DNA of 52,254 bases, the filler included, from Sphacelaria rigidula (taxonomy: Eukaryota): the NCBI GenBank assembly GCA_964200075.2. It is 4 parts of 4 records of this genome, joined end to end, with 100 filler letters (N's around TTAATTAATTAA, not from the genome) between each part and the next. Parts side by side here need not be neighbours in the genome. Positions count along the whole stretch, not along the records: positions 39,272 to 52,254 come from CAXNAA020003247.1; 3 more parts are not named here. The stretch is one strand, 5' to 3'. The notes below the pieces were generated by a model, which made no database searches, had not been told where the DNA came from, and was given only the letters and a program-made list of their open reading frames with translations. This document shows positions 40,371 through 52,254 of this stretch, one piece after another. Position 1 is the first letter of the stretch. Every line of letters starts with the position of its first letter. The position numbers and the translations under genes are program-made.

Positions 40371-41689
40371 GTGAGGCTGCTCGACTGATGAAACATTGCT
40401 CACCACCTAGTTTTGACGCTCGCCTAAATATACCGTTGTTTTCGAAAACACTGTGCTTCCACGGTAATCTGCTTCCGTGGGGGGCTACGTTTGTGCTCTG
40501 AAATGTCGAGTCTAGTGTCGTGGATACTTCCTCTGTCCCATAAGAAAGGATCCTCATGATTGCACGGATCCTTAACGGTGTGACATTTGATTTTCTATCT
40601 TTTTTATTGCATTCGTCGGCGTTTTTTTAGCTAAAACCGACAGTCGTTCTACAACGTGGGTGCTTGACCCACGCAGCCGCGCGGCCGTGAAAAAGTAGAT
40701 CGGTCCAATAACGGCCATTTTTCGCTCGTTTTCCCAGGAAAGCATGAGAGACCCGGGAACACGAAAAATCGCGAAAATGGGCTAAAGAATGTAAAAATCG
40801 CGAAACCACCTTTGATTTTGGACACGTCCGTGATGTTAACCTACGCGCACCCCATCAACAGTTTGTTAGCATGTAATTACTACTGCTCGACGTGAAAACG
40901 TCCAAAATCGGTCAATGATGGGGTGTAAATGGATAAAAAACGGTCAAAATGGGGGTATATTTCGACATAATTTCAGTGATGAAAACAAGTTTTTTTTTTG
41001 TTTCTCTTCTTCATCAGCTTCGTCTGCGCCTTACCTCTCCAACGAAGCGAACCATAGGATGATCATCAACGTTGAAATACTCAAACGAATCAACGCCCAA
41101 AAGGACCTTTACTTATGGGACAGAGGAAGTATGCAAAGCATCCACGGGTTACGTGCCGTGGACAACAATCATTTCGTAAAAGGGAGCAGATGAGCTATTA
41201 ATAGCAAGCTTCCTGATGGTGTGGGGAAACCCGTCGTGGAAATCATACAGGGGAAAAAGATTGTAAGACCCGGAACCCTCCAGAGCGTCCTCTTCATGTT
41301 TGCCTTTTACGTTTGTGGATCTTGAGGAAGTGCTCACGTACGCAGCACTAAGCCGCCGGGTGCTTTGGGGCGATCGTATGGACGGAGTATGAAATGCCGG
41401 GGGAAAATGTTGTTTTTGGCGCTTTTGGCTTTTACTTTCCCCAAGGCTGTTGATATGCACAGTGAGGTTGTTTTTGCGAGCCTGGCTGTACACGTCGTTG
41501 CCCATGCGACCGTATCGAGGGCTCGTGGTGCTTGGCAACATGTGTGCCATGGAGCCACACTATTCAAAGCCTGCGAACTTATGCACGCGTTATATATATA
41601 TATATATATATATATTGTGGACTGAAGCCGGCCTTTTTCGGTGCTGGACCCTCTCGTGCCGTTTGTTTCCTCCGCCTCTGTGTCCTTGG

Positions 41690-42285
41690 TTGTGATGTGT
41701 TGATGGGACTGTTGCTGGTGGACGACTTGACTGCATGCTTTGTGTTGGATCCGGGATGCTGGGTATTGGATCCTTTGCTGGAAATCGGATACGTCATGCT
41801 GGGTGATGGATGTTTGATACCCACCGGCTCGATATTTGAATTCTCAACACTGGATACTGAACACCTGATGTTTGGATGCTGGTTATTGCCCACCTGATGC
41901 TTGGATGCCGGATATCGGACACTGGATGCTCATTGCTGGATGTTAATCCTGATTGCCGGGTACTGCGTTCGTTGATCCTGAATTATCCATTGCTGGGTGC
42001 TGGACCTAAATTGGGGATATATGGACAACTTCAACGCTGGTTATTGGGACGCCTGATGTGTGGATGCTGGATGCTGGATGCTGAACTTTGGATTCTCTTT
42101 GCCGCGTACTGGGCCCTGAACGTTGGATATGGAACATTGAATGTCGTAAAATTGGTCCCGCATTCTACATGCTGGCCACCCCGACTACTGGATATGGGAT
42201 CCTGAATACTGGATATTGGACATTGAATCCCGAATCCTGGATATTGATATTCGCCGCGAACGCTGGATATCGGATGCTGGATGAT
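41690..42285 (+). repeat. Degenerate heptamer-based (TGCTGGA-like) tandem repeat running up to a TrhO exon acceptor
   Basis: Many TGCTGGA/TACTGGA/TATTGGA variants, e.g. GGATGCTGGATGCTGGATGCTGAA at ~42062. Confidence 0.75.
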
Positions 42286-42294
42286 GACCGATAG

Positions 42295-42384
42295 GTCCGG
42301 GAAAGTGGGCAAAGGGCTTTCTCCCGAAGAATGGCATTCGATGCTAGACGAAGAAGGCGCCACCGTCATAGACTGCCGGAACTC
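42295..42384 (+). CDS. trhO: TrhO-like exon
   Basis: SGKVGKGLSPEEWHSMLDEEGATVIDCRN(S) matches 'G.yl.p.ew..ml......viD.RN'; phases fit on both sides. Confidence 0.9.
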
Positions 42385-44301
42385 GTGAGTCTTATACTAT
42401 ATGGACAAACAGTGCTGCCAGAATACCCCGTACAGTGAAAACGCCCCTTGGGTGTGCCGAATAACCCCCCGAGACCTCGACACCTCTGGTTCGGAGTAGT
42501 AGTAGTTACGGAGCAGTATTTTCAAAATAAACGCTCTGCGGACGCCGATAACGCCCCGGAGCTATCAAATGAGCCGAAATACCTTGAGTGTGCCCGGTAG
42601 TAGGCGGGCATGTGCTGAGCCAAACCCATTGTTGGTGCAAGGTGCTCCAGGCGTCCATGCTCGAGTGGTTTGTGGTCTGTTGCTGGCAGACATGGCTGAG
42701 TTCGCGCCAGTCGCTCACTTGCTCTGTGAAGTCAGTGCTTCCACTTGTAGTTTTGATCTACTGTAGCGGGCGGTCTAACTATTTAGGGGTGCTTTGGGCA
42801 TTTCCTCGCGTACTACTCTTCAATAGAACTCGAAACTGCTAGCGTCGGTAGATTTTGGTACAATAAATAGATCATCCTCGAAAAACAGTGCCCAAGTCAG
42901 TGTCATTTGGTGTTATCGGGCGAAACGAGTAAATACCCCGTCCATCAGGAGGGTGTTATTGACCGTGAAGCGCAGTTTTTCGGCCCGGGTGCAATGGGGA
43001 AGCAAAACTTATAAAAGATAAAACTGTACATTTCTTCACAAATATAATCGGGACAGGCTCGATCGACCGAACATACAGAAGAGTAAGAATTTGGGCTGAA
43101 ACGTGGCAGGACCTCCCGATGACCGGCCAGCTCGTAAGTCACTCAATATTGAGTACAGGTGATTTTCTTCTTGCAATGTGGAGCGGATACAAATATCTTC
43201 AGATCCCCGATGTGATAAGCAGTGGCAAGCGGAAAGAGCCCGAGAACATCGTCAATTACGAAAATATCACAAAATGCCACAAAACGAATAGTTAGACTGC
43301 CCACTACTGCAAGTTGATTTGGTTCAGCGTCTCACATGCAGCGATTCACTATGAATCCGGCCCTGGTCGCATGATGGAAACACCCAAGGCAAACGAATAA
43401 GGAACAGTCGCCGAAGAAAAGCACTATCATCAATGGGAAACCATCAAGAAACAAGAAAAGTCGTCCCGGAGGCGAGAATCCCGACCCCTAAATGACGGTC
43501 AAGTTTGACTAGCTCGCTCTTAGTGCTTACGTCGCGGATCTTGCGTCGTCGTTTTTTAACAGCTTTTTTTTTCAAAGCAGATGAAGAACGTTCTTGATTC
43601 TCCCGGGCGTAAAAAATAAAGAGAACTTTAGTCACTCATGGCTTGTGAACTAATGGGCTGCACTATCGAGCCGGTCGATTCCCCATGAGGAATGGGATGT
43701 GGGTTCCAACCTCGGTTAAGTCACACAATCTTGGAGTATTCCTCACATCATGCCCAGCCGTGGGCAGCGGCTATTATGTCGTGGATACACAAAATTCTAC
43801 TTCGCAGTGGACGAGGGAAAAGAACCGCTGAACCCTTCTCGCTTTCAGAAGAAACGCTAGCACCGAGTCAGGAAGGTGGAGTAGTAAAAATACAAAACGA
43901 AAAACTCCGGTGTCGACGTTTCTCCTGTGTGACCCCGGCTGATGCGTCCACACGTATCAAAAGGTGTAGACTGGCGTCTAGGATGGATGAGATGACAGCA
44001 CGCACGCGCGCACACACACACTAGTGCGTGTAGGTGTGTTTTCGCTCATTTTTTGTGTTGTTTGTTGACGGTTTGTAGTAGTCCGGACGTGCCAAAATAT
44101 AGACCGTTGAATATCGAGAGAGGTTGCGGCTAGAGTAATGCACAGTTACTTCCCTTGTTTCTCTTTTGAATGTGTAATCTTGCGTCTGGAATGTATTCGT
44201 TATTTTTGCTACTGTTGTTGGTATTTTGGTTTTTGTCAGTGTTGGTCGTTGGTCGTCGGTGGTGGCCGTTTCTGAACCAAACAACCGACGAAAAAACACA
44301 G

Positions 44302-44455
44302 GTACGAGAGCGAAGTGGGTACCTTCGAGAACGCAGTCCCTCTGGACACCAGCTTTTTCCGGGAGTCTTGGGGGGAACTGGAGAGGCTGGTGGGGAACGC
44401 CGATCGCAACGCTCCCATCATGACCTACTGCACCGGCGGCATCCGGTGCGTGAAG
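44302..44455 (+). CDS. trhO: TrhO-like exon with the rhodanese active-site loop
   Basis: YESEVGTFENAVPLDTSFFRES...IMTYCTGGIRCVK; YCTGGIRC is the UPF0176 signature. Confidence 0.95.
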
Positions 44456-44564
44456 GTAATACATGTGCTTTGAAAATAAGCCCTTCTGCGCCAGCCCCCC
44501 ATGAATGGACCTAGGTAGCGGTAGATCATTGGAGGTACGTGGACATAACCTGCTTTCATCAAGG

Positions 44565-45614
44565 CCAATTCTTATGAGAGCCGTTCGAAAAATAGTTTCG
44601 AAAAAAATGACGCCGTTTTGTGCCTGCCGCGATTTTGAATGGGGGAAAGATGAAAAGTTTTTGCGGCACAAAGTTGGAGTTGTACACATGTATGAAAATC
44701 GGCGTGATCCAGGATTTTTGGCTCATGTACAACAGCACCCAAAGAAGGCATAGCTGCTGCACAGCCATCACGTGACTTGTCCAACTTGATGTCGATAGCA
44801 TTTCGTTCTCACCCCAATTATGTACAGGCCGGACCAGTGGCAGTATAGCAACTCAGGCAATCTCCAGCATAGATCAAACCGTGTTCGTAGGGTGGTTCGA
44901 AAGCACTAAGGTCAGTACAAGAACAACTCAGCATAAACAATGGTGGGTGTGGGCACGTACTACATCGTTGGTTTTACAGACGGCACAACGCATCCAATAC
45001 ACCATGATGGTGACATGTCCGGCAGTGTGTGGACTTGTGTACCGACCGGGATACATCATCAGTACAGCACTTCACGCGATCCCCAGCGCAGATCAAATCG
45101 TCTTGCAGGGATCCAACGCACCAGACTAATGTGTCAGCTACAGCAAAGGAGTACTGGGTCTGCGCACCAAGGGCCTTGTTTGCTGCGAAAGACACGTACA
45201 GCATTTTCAACTTGGACAAGACAGCACCGCGTGCAGACTACACTTGTTGGGAATTACAAAACCAGTACAGTAGCTCGGGCAATTCCAGTAGAAATCAGAC
45301 AATTTTCGCGAAGTCCAAATACACCACAGTGCGGTGGCGGGTGCAGCACATGAGAGAGTCGTGAGTGTATGCTGTAGTACGGTAAAATATGGCATGTCCT
45401 ATATTTTGGTTCTTCGCCGAAATCGAACATGTCCTCGAGATTTCAAAATCGTCTCCCAATTTTCAACGCCGGGCCAAAGTTTAGGGGTCGTGTAAAAAAA
45501 TGGGGGTCACTTTTCTTCAAAATCGGTACGACTTTGTTCCATAAAAGTGGTTTTTGCTACCACCCGTTGAGAGTTTTCAATAATAGCACATTAAACGGCT
45601 CTCATAAGAATTGG
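44565..45614. mobile_element. Probable ~1.05 kb non-autonomous DNA transposon remnant in a TrhO intron
   Basis: 21 bp perfect inverted repeat CCAATTCTTATGAGAGCCGTT at 44565-44585 and 45594-45614; no TSD established. Confidence 0.55.
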
Positions 45615-46944
45615 TCTCAGCAGTACATATAGATCCAAGTGTTGGGGTAGTCGAAATACATGATACCTTGTCATCGGGGAGCGATTGTTGTGAGCAGAGC
45701 GGAGCTGCTAAGCTGCAGCGTTGGTGTTACTGGAGTTGAAGGTCCGCCAGTGGTATTGTTCCGAAAATAGGTCTTACGCGAAGGGCATGGGGGCGTTATT
45801 ATCCCTTCGGCTGCGAAGGTTTTCTGTGTATTCATCACAGGGGCTTTCGTGCTTTGGAATCAAGTCGCAGGCCCTCGCGTTGGCATGTACATGGAATGGA
45901 TGAAATATTATCATTCGTTACTTAGTAGTCGGAGGGTAGAGAGGAGGCTCGTTCTGGTATGATGGTGTTGGCTGTTGGAAAACGTTTCCGCAGGCTTTTT
46001 CCATTCTTCAGGGGAGGAAAAGTAAGCATCCGACTGTTTCATCAGTATTATACAGCAACAGTACCCCTGCATGTCTGTTTGCTGTCCCGAGATATGGTGC
46101 TAGACCCCCCACCCCCGTCCGAGCCTGGTCCGGCGAAAGGCCGGGGTGCAAGTTCCCGGCTCGGTAGGGATGCGAGATCAATAGTGTCATCACCACGGCA
46201 TGAGGAATCATGGGCACACCTCGCCCCCCGTTCCCACTCTCAGTAGTACATGCATATGATTGTTCCTGTGGCAAAGCAATAGAGGACAGAGCTCATTTAT
46301 TGGAAAAGTGTGTACCATACAAGAAGGAGTGGGAAGTGTTAGAGGGGGAAGTGTGGGGAGTAAACGAAGGTGACATGGAATCGTTTGATGAATTATAATA
46401 GGCAGTAGCGGGAAAACAACCGATATACTATGAGATAGGAACAGGAAGGGGACAAAATATGTGCGAAAGATTTTTGTGTAGTGTATAAAAAAACCGTATT
46501 GGACGCCCAAATATTGGAGGTGTCTCCATTAGGAGTGGGACTGGGGCCCCGTCTCGAAAGGGATGCGTGGTCAATGGTCGAACGACTAAGACACGCAAAC
46601 AGCGAGCTTGCCCCCCTTCCCCTTGCCTCCTCTCTCGTGGTAACGATGACATAGTGATGGGTACTACTAGCATCGAATCAACGAGCCCAAAAATGTGAAG
46701 TCATTGTAACATCGCATTGAAATCGAGATGGTAGCCCTCGCCTCAGAGGAAGCCTTTCCCCGTCATTCGTCGAAAGCCCTGAAAAAACAACATGGGCGTC
46801 CATACCATAGTAGACGAAGAAGGGTGCATCGACACGTAGAAAAAGCACATCGGGCAAAAAAGGAAGGACCTACTCGAGAAGTTGTCAGGGTGAAGCTTGT
46901 TCGTCAAATTCTCCCATGTATTTTGTTTTTGGTCCCCTCCACAG

Positions 46945-47058
46945 GTGGCTGCTTACCTCGAACAAGAAATGGGGTTCAAGAACGTGACACGCTTGGAGGG
47001 GGGAATCGTGTCGTACTCCAAGTTTGCCAAAGAACGGGCACTCGAATCTAAGTTCAAG
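46945..47058 (+). CDS. trhO: TrhO-like exon
   Basis: VAAYLEQEMGFKNVTRLEGGIVSYSKFAKERALESKFK matches 'GF.nV..LeGGI..Y'. Confidence 0.93.
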
Positions 47059-47236
47059 GTGAACCCTTTACTTGAGACACATCATGGCTGCAGCAGTGCG
47101 GCAGCTTGTAGTTTGCGAGCGGCGCCTCACATTCCTCTGTCATACTTTATGCGCGGCGCTCCTTGTCTTTTATCCCGCGGCAGTGTTGGTGGTTGTCGTT
47201 GGCGCCACTTTATTTCGTTTTCTTCAGTTCGGAGAG

Positions 47237-47550
47237 TATACTCATGGTCTTGCATGCCCTAGTCATAAGGCCATTGACCTCGCATTCCTACAAAGCCGGG
47301 ACGGAGCACGCCGGGTTTCGCCGTACCAGGCTCGCAACCAATCATCAAGCGGAAAGCGCCGTGATGCGTTCGGCGAGTTGCATGAAGGGTGACCTGCATC
47401 TTACTAAGATTGCCCGAACTGTACTGAGTAGCTTGCATATGAGTGACAGCCTCCAATGAGTTGCTTCATTTTCTGGTATCGCCACTTCCAGAGACAGCCA
47501 TGGGTTACACACTGCCCCCTTGGGTGTTTCACTATAGGTTTCGGCGAGGG
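47237..47550 (+). mobile_element. Partial copy of the ~500 bp dispersed element
   Basis: TACTCATGGTCTTGCATGCCCTAGTCATAAGGCCATTGACCTCGCATTCCTACAAAGCCGGG... Further fragments lie at 13094-13152 (-), ~33924-33965 (+) and ~46105-46222 (-). Confidence 0.8.
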
Positions 47551-47644
47551 AAGATTTGCGGATCATTGCCCCCCCCCCACACCCCACCCCCCCAGTCCAC
47601 CACCCCCCACCCCCACCACACGCACATAGACACGCCCCCGTCTT

Positions 47645-47654
47645 NNNNNNNNNN
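47645..47654. other. 10-N scaffold gap inside a poly-C tract
   Basis: 10 N flanked by C/G homopolymer-rich sequence. Confidence 0.9.
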
Positions 47655-48971
47655 CCCTGGTTGACCCCCCCCCCCCTTGGTGGTTTCCTTATAGGTTTCG
47701 GGGGGGGGAATTTTCGGGTCCTTTCCCCCCCCCCCCCCCCCCCCCACTCTCTCTCGTCCCCCGCGCTGTTGCTGTTGTTGCTGTTCGTGTGTTGCTGTTG
47801 GTGATCCCGATCGCAAGCTGTACCCATTTTTTGGAGTTTTGTTTTTTTGGTTATATTCATTAACTATTCGACCGAAGAGTTTTTATTTTATTTTCACTGG
47901 AGTATCCGGTGATGGTTGATTGAAATGACACGGGCGGTGAAAAACATTCGCATCGATTGGAGACATGAGCTCTCAAAGCTCACTGTGACCGCCGCTTACT
48001 GTCCCATCAACACTGCTTCTGTCTCACGTCGTGGTGCTACGTCAATCACTCTCCGGCAACATATTTTGTTACCTTTTCAAGGATCTGTTAGGTAGGGTAA
48101 AAGCCCGGGTATTCACTTTTCCTAACTTTGTGTTGCGATCTTCCGATCTCCAAACTCTACCCGAGTACCCATGTTGAAGAAGATTTCTATACCCTACCCA
48201 AGTTTCAGGTGCTTGAAGTACGATTCTCAAAATACGTTAATGTAGTCAATACCCCACCCATCACACCCAACAATGTTTTCGTGAGATTGAGAGTAAAAGG
48301 TTGATTTGAGTGTGGGTTTCATCATTCGCTGCAACATGACCAATTTTTCGTTCTCTCTGTGCTCCTCCTTGCCTGCAGCACTGGCGTGTGCTTTCAGCTT
48401 CACGTCGATATCCTACTCAGCTCCATCAAGGGCTTCAGTGTCAAGCTAATAGAGAAAGCCTATCGGGCGTCGTGGGGAGGGGCATTTCGGAACTGAACAT
48501 ATTCATTGATGAATTGGCCGCGTCTCACTCTCAATCGTATCTTCTGAGTCCGTATTGACTGATTGATTGATTGATTATCTCACATTAGCTGATTGCAACA
48601 ATCCAGCCCGTGGTCAGGAGCAGCAAAAATAGAACAGAATAATAATAATAAAAAAATACAAAAAAATAAATAAAGGAACAGAAAAAACGACAGAAGCAAC
48701 GGCCTCAGTAAGGAAAGAGAGGGGGCAGCGACAACAACAAAAAACACCACCGTATCTCAAGGAATCAACCCAATCGACTTCTCGTACAGTAGCTGCCTGA
48801 TGTCACAAAAGGCAGCCGTGAGTAAGATCCGCACTTGCTGCACCCCGTCTAAATTCGTTTGACACGTTCTGTTTGCAAGTCCCGGTTCGTGGTCGTGTTC
48901 GTGCATGTGTCCATGTGTCCGCTTTTTTGTTCCGGTCCGTAATCTGTACGTTGCGCGGGGTGGTCCTCCAG

Positions 48972-49117
48972 GGAGTGAACTACGTGTTCGATAAACGCAT
49001 GGGAGACAAAGTGACGGGTGATATGTTGTCCAAGTGCCACCAGTGCGGGACGCCGTGCGCGGACCACACCAACTGCGCCAATTCGTGTTGCCACGCCCGC
49101 TTTATACAGTGCGCCAG
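48972..49117 (+). CDS. trhO: TrhO-like exon, Cys-rich C-terminal domain
   Basis: GVNYVFDKRMGDKVTGDMLSKCHQCGTPCADHTNCANSCCHARFIQCA matches YceA 'G.NfVFDeRMG......CHQCG.PCd.HTNC.N..CH..FIQC'. Confidence 0.95.
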
Positions 49118-49559
49118 GTCAGCATGGCATCGGCGTCACGAGAACGATATCTTTGAAGTGACGGCTAAGCAGTTTGGGCTATGTGGTGATATATGGCTAC
49201 ATATGTCACACCGAGTAGCGTCTGCCCAACCTTGACCTTTTTTCACCCGATCCATTTTGTTTGTTCGTTATCATTGTTTTCAATATCCTCATACACGTTT
49301 GTCGTCGTTTGTTGTTTGTTTAGTCTCAGTTGTAGTTGCTGTTGTAATTGTAGTAGTTGCTGTCGTGGTCTGCGATAATGCCTCCTTTCGGGGTGTGATA
49401 TTCTGGTGTGTACACGCCATCAGTTTGGAATACAGTATCACACAAATATTCCGGAATATGTCACACGCGGGCTGAAAAGCATCTCTCGCGCCTTTATTCT
49501 GACAACCAATGCTCGCCAACAACAACATTTGAATAGCCCGACTGATGAATGTTTTGCAG

Positions 49560-49782
49560 CTGTGCAGCCGAGTACAACGCATGCTGCAGCCGGGGGTGCA
49601 TGGACCAAGAGTCTCGGCCAGACTTGAAGGAGTCGCTCATCCTAGCGGAAAGGGAAGCGATGGGATGGGGCGGAGCTATCTCGGCATCCATGGCTTCTCT
49701 GTCCGGGCTAGGAGCAGGGGAGGGAGTGGGCGCGGGTGAACGGGAACGGCGAGAATTGATGTGGCTCGTTTGGCCGTTTCAG
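49560..49782 (+). CDS. trhO: TrhO-like exon: end of the Cys-rich domain plus a Gly-rich linker (3' end uncertain)
   Basis: (S)CAAEYNACCSRGC matches 'C...y.gCCS..C'; candidate donor CAG|GTACAA after 49782, otherwise a stop at 49807-49809. Confidence 0.78.
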
Positions 49783-51409
49783 GTACAATGGACGAAACAA
49801 CAACACTGAATCCCTAGTATGCCCTGAGTGCGCGCGTGTTGAATTGGCATCGTTGAGTGATTGATGGATATCGATAGGTGAGAGTGCGTTAACGGGTCCG
49901 TTGAGAATCCGCCCGTGGTCACAGAAAGTCACAAGGTTATGTTTGTTTGGTCAATGAATGCTAGAAAGGAATAGATGGCTGGATGTATAGGAAATATAAA
50001 GATGAGTACGAGCTGGGCCAGCTTAAAAGCGGCGAAAAGTTGCTGACACCACAGCTCCCCCAGTTTCCCGAATGAACCCGATGTACGCATATCACTGTGA
50101 ACTGCAGACCCACCTGATGACGGAGGATTGCGTCGCTGTTCGATTGGCGTTGTACCGCCGATGACGTTATTGTACTGCATAGAGTAAAGGGTGCGCCTCA
50201 TATCGTTGGGCGATAGCGTGTCGGAGGGCTTTTTCTTCTTTCTATTGCGATGAGTTCACGTCAGCGATCACCCCGCACTGGGTATTTGTGGGGTGCAGCA
50301 GCGTCACGCAAAACGTTGCACGCACGGCCCGATTCGACGACCCTTGAGCTGAAATTTCACGGAGACCTTGTGCACCCAAGGAAATGATACGTCCCGTGAG
50401 CAGCTGCAGATTCTCATTTTTTTACTGGACTCATGACATTATCTTGCTCTTTCTGAAATTTCAAATCTCATAAATTCCTGCATTTTTTTCTTTTTTTCTT
50501 TGCTGCTCACGTCATATTCCTCATGTCGACCATAAAGAGCTGCTGTCATTATTTCAGCGTCCAACTCCCAACTTTACGGCGTGCGTCGCCTGAGCGAGAA
50601 AACCATCCATTGTTGGCTGACCCAGCTCGTGGTCAGATGGATGAGTGGACAGATGAATACATGAATAGCTAAATATGTTGACTGATTGTCGCACAGTTAT
50701 CATCAACCCATCCGCTACGAATTCAATTGTCGCCCCAACGTAGACGAATGTGCACAATGGAATCTATAGGGAACACTCCTCGGGTGTCCGTCTGTTGATG
50801 CTTTATCGGGTCGTAACGTTCATTGGAAGTAGTTTGTGAGTACGACCACACGGAAGTGGGAAATATTCCACCAGTGTCCGTCGAGGACTCGTCACCTTTT
50901 TCTTTTTTGCACAGGTTGCCGCTTTTTATTTTTTGAATGTTAAGTCGAACGGAATACGAATATGTTGATGGTACTATAGTGTATTTTCACGCATTTTTTC
51001 ATTTTCGGATGTCAAATTCATTGTGTTGTTATTTTCGTTTTCATGAAACGCGGGCGCTCACCTTACCAGGACCACTAGCAAAAGCCCGAACAAAGATTAC
51101 TTTGGTTTTCAAACTCTGGAAAATGACTCAGGGATCGTGGATCTCGGAATACACGTTGTGCTGTTGTCAGAGGAGGTCCTGTTTGTAGACAAGCCGGAGC
51201 TGCTCAGCTAGAGCACCGGGCTTATTGGCGTTGAAGGTCAGTTGGCAATATTAATTGTTCCGAGAAGAGGTCTGGTGCCCAAGGAGGAATTTGTTGAGAA
51301 GCCGCCTTTTCCCCGTTTTTTTTCTAAGTACCCCCAATGTTCGCTCTCTGTATTTTTTGTTTTTTGCCCGCATGTACCATCTCCGGAACACCCAAAAAAC
51401 TCAAAACAG

Positions 51410-51590
51410 GACCCTACCCTGAACTCGCTGTTCGATCGAGCGTTCGCCGAGTTTGCAGAAGCGAAATCTACCCAACAAGATGAGGCAGCAGCTGATGCGT
51501 TGGATTCGTCTCGGATGATCGGGATCGTATCTAGGTTGGGGGGAGTCAAGCGGGCCCTTGCTGTGGGGCTCGGCGCCGGGGGTACCGCTG
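51410..51590 (+). CDS. Probable further exon resembling the N-terminal part of a class I SAM-dependent O-methyltransferase
   Basis: A-rich CAG acceptor like others in this genome and a GTGCGT donor; DPTLNSLFDRAFAEF...SSRMIGIVSRLGGVKRALAVGLGAGGTA; phase-compatible with the donor at 49782. Confidence 0.55.
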
Positions 51591-52254
51591 GTGCGTTAGG
51601 TCATTATCCATCTTTCATAGCGATGAATCAAAAGTGCTTTGTATCCCTGTCACATGGTGCTCTCTTGTGCACTATTCCACGCACGCAGGCGCATATCTCG
51701 GGACAAAAAAGAATGTTTGATAATTTTCGCACCTTTATCGATGCCGACGAGAACTGCGCCCATGATACGCGTATCGGCGAAAACCCTGCGAATGAAGTTT
51801 CGGAGCAGCACGTGTCTGAGGCCTCTACTCTGCATGGCAGTACGGACTTTGTCATGACCATGAATTCGCCCTTTCCTGTCATGATCTACCCACAACTGTC
51901 ATATTCGTGTAATGAAAAGTCGTGATCCAGTGTTGGAGAATGAATGACGTGACGAAAAAATGCTCGTGAATGCCGACCATGGCTCAGGTTTCAACGTTTA
52001 CGAATCGCGCGGAACGAGTTTTTTTATGGGTAGAACTGTGTGACAAGATGTCATGATCGTCGTATGTTCGCTTTTTCGAGCATGAAAATCACGCATTCAG
52101 AGTGTGAGATGGTTGCATGACTGCTGTCATGGAGTATATGCAAGATTGTCAACAAAATTCGCGACTTGAAAGTCGTTCAACGGATTCGGGGGGACGGGGG
52201 GGGGGCGTACTTATTTGTTGCTTGCCTTAGTCGTTTGACCATTTACCACGCATC

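Noticed and set aside
41085-41100. RINAQ as the TrhO N-terminal EGINAQ motif
   Set aside because: It lies downstream of the exon it should precede, lacks the surrounding motif and has no fitting splice sites.
51189-51236. 48 nt phase-0 mini-exon between the TrhO and methyltransferase-like exons
   Set aside because: AG/GT are present but the peptide has no recognisable similarity; unsupported without transcript data.
39272-52254. Circular contig suggested by near-identical 25-mers at both ends (GTC.TTTGACCATT.ACCACGCATC)
   Set aside because: There are two mismatches, a third copy lies inverted at ~46550-46590, and the contig carries a nuclear intron-rich gene. The assembly simply broke in a common repeat.

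Overview
This is eukaryotic, intron- and repeat-rich DNA. It is probably from a brown alga or another stramenopile, inferred from the short exons, kb-long introns, A-rich 3' splice sites and repeat landscape. It is not one locus: four ~13 kb contigs (1-12993, 13094-26084, 26185-39171, 39272-52254; lengths 12993, 12991, 12987, 12983) are joined by artificial N44-TTAATTAATTAA-N44 linkers. Contig 1 holds a dead, 5'-truncated RTE-like LINE, satellites and decayed repeats. Contig 2 holds four internal exons of an insulysin-like M16A metallopeptidase (- strand), with introns containing a tandem array of a ~500 bp dispersed element and a degenerate ~110 bp satellite. Contig 3 holds six exons of a PP1 catalytic subunit gene (- strand, first exon missing) plus MITEs. 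Contig 4 holds six exons of a TrhO/YceA (UPF0176) tRNA-U34 hydroxylase-like rhodanese gene (+ strand). These are followed in compatible phase by an exon resembling the start of a class I O-methyltransferase. The resulting candidate TrhO-TrmR-like fusion (U34 to ho5U to mo5U) is the most interesting hypothesis here, and it is unproven. No CRISPR array, rRNA or tRNA gene was recognised.
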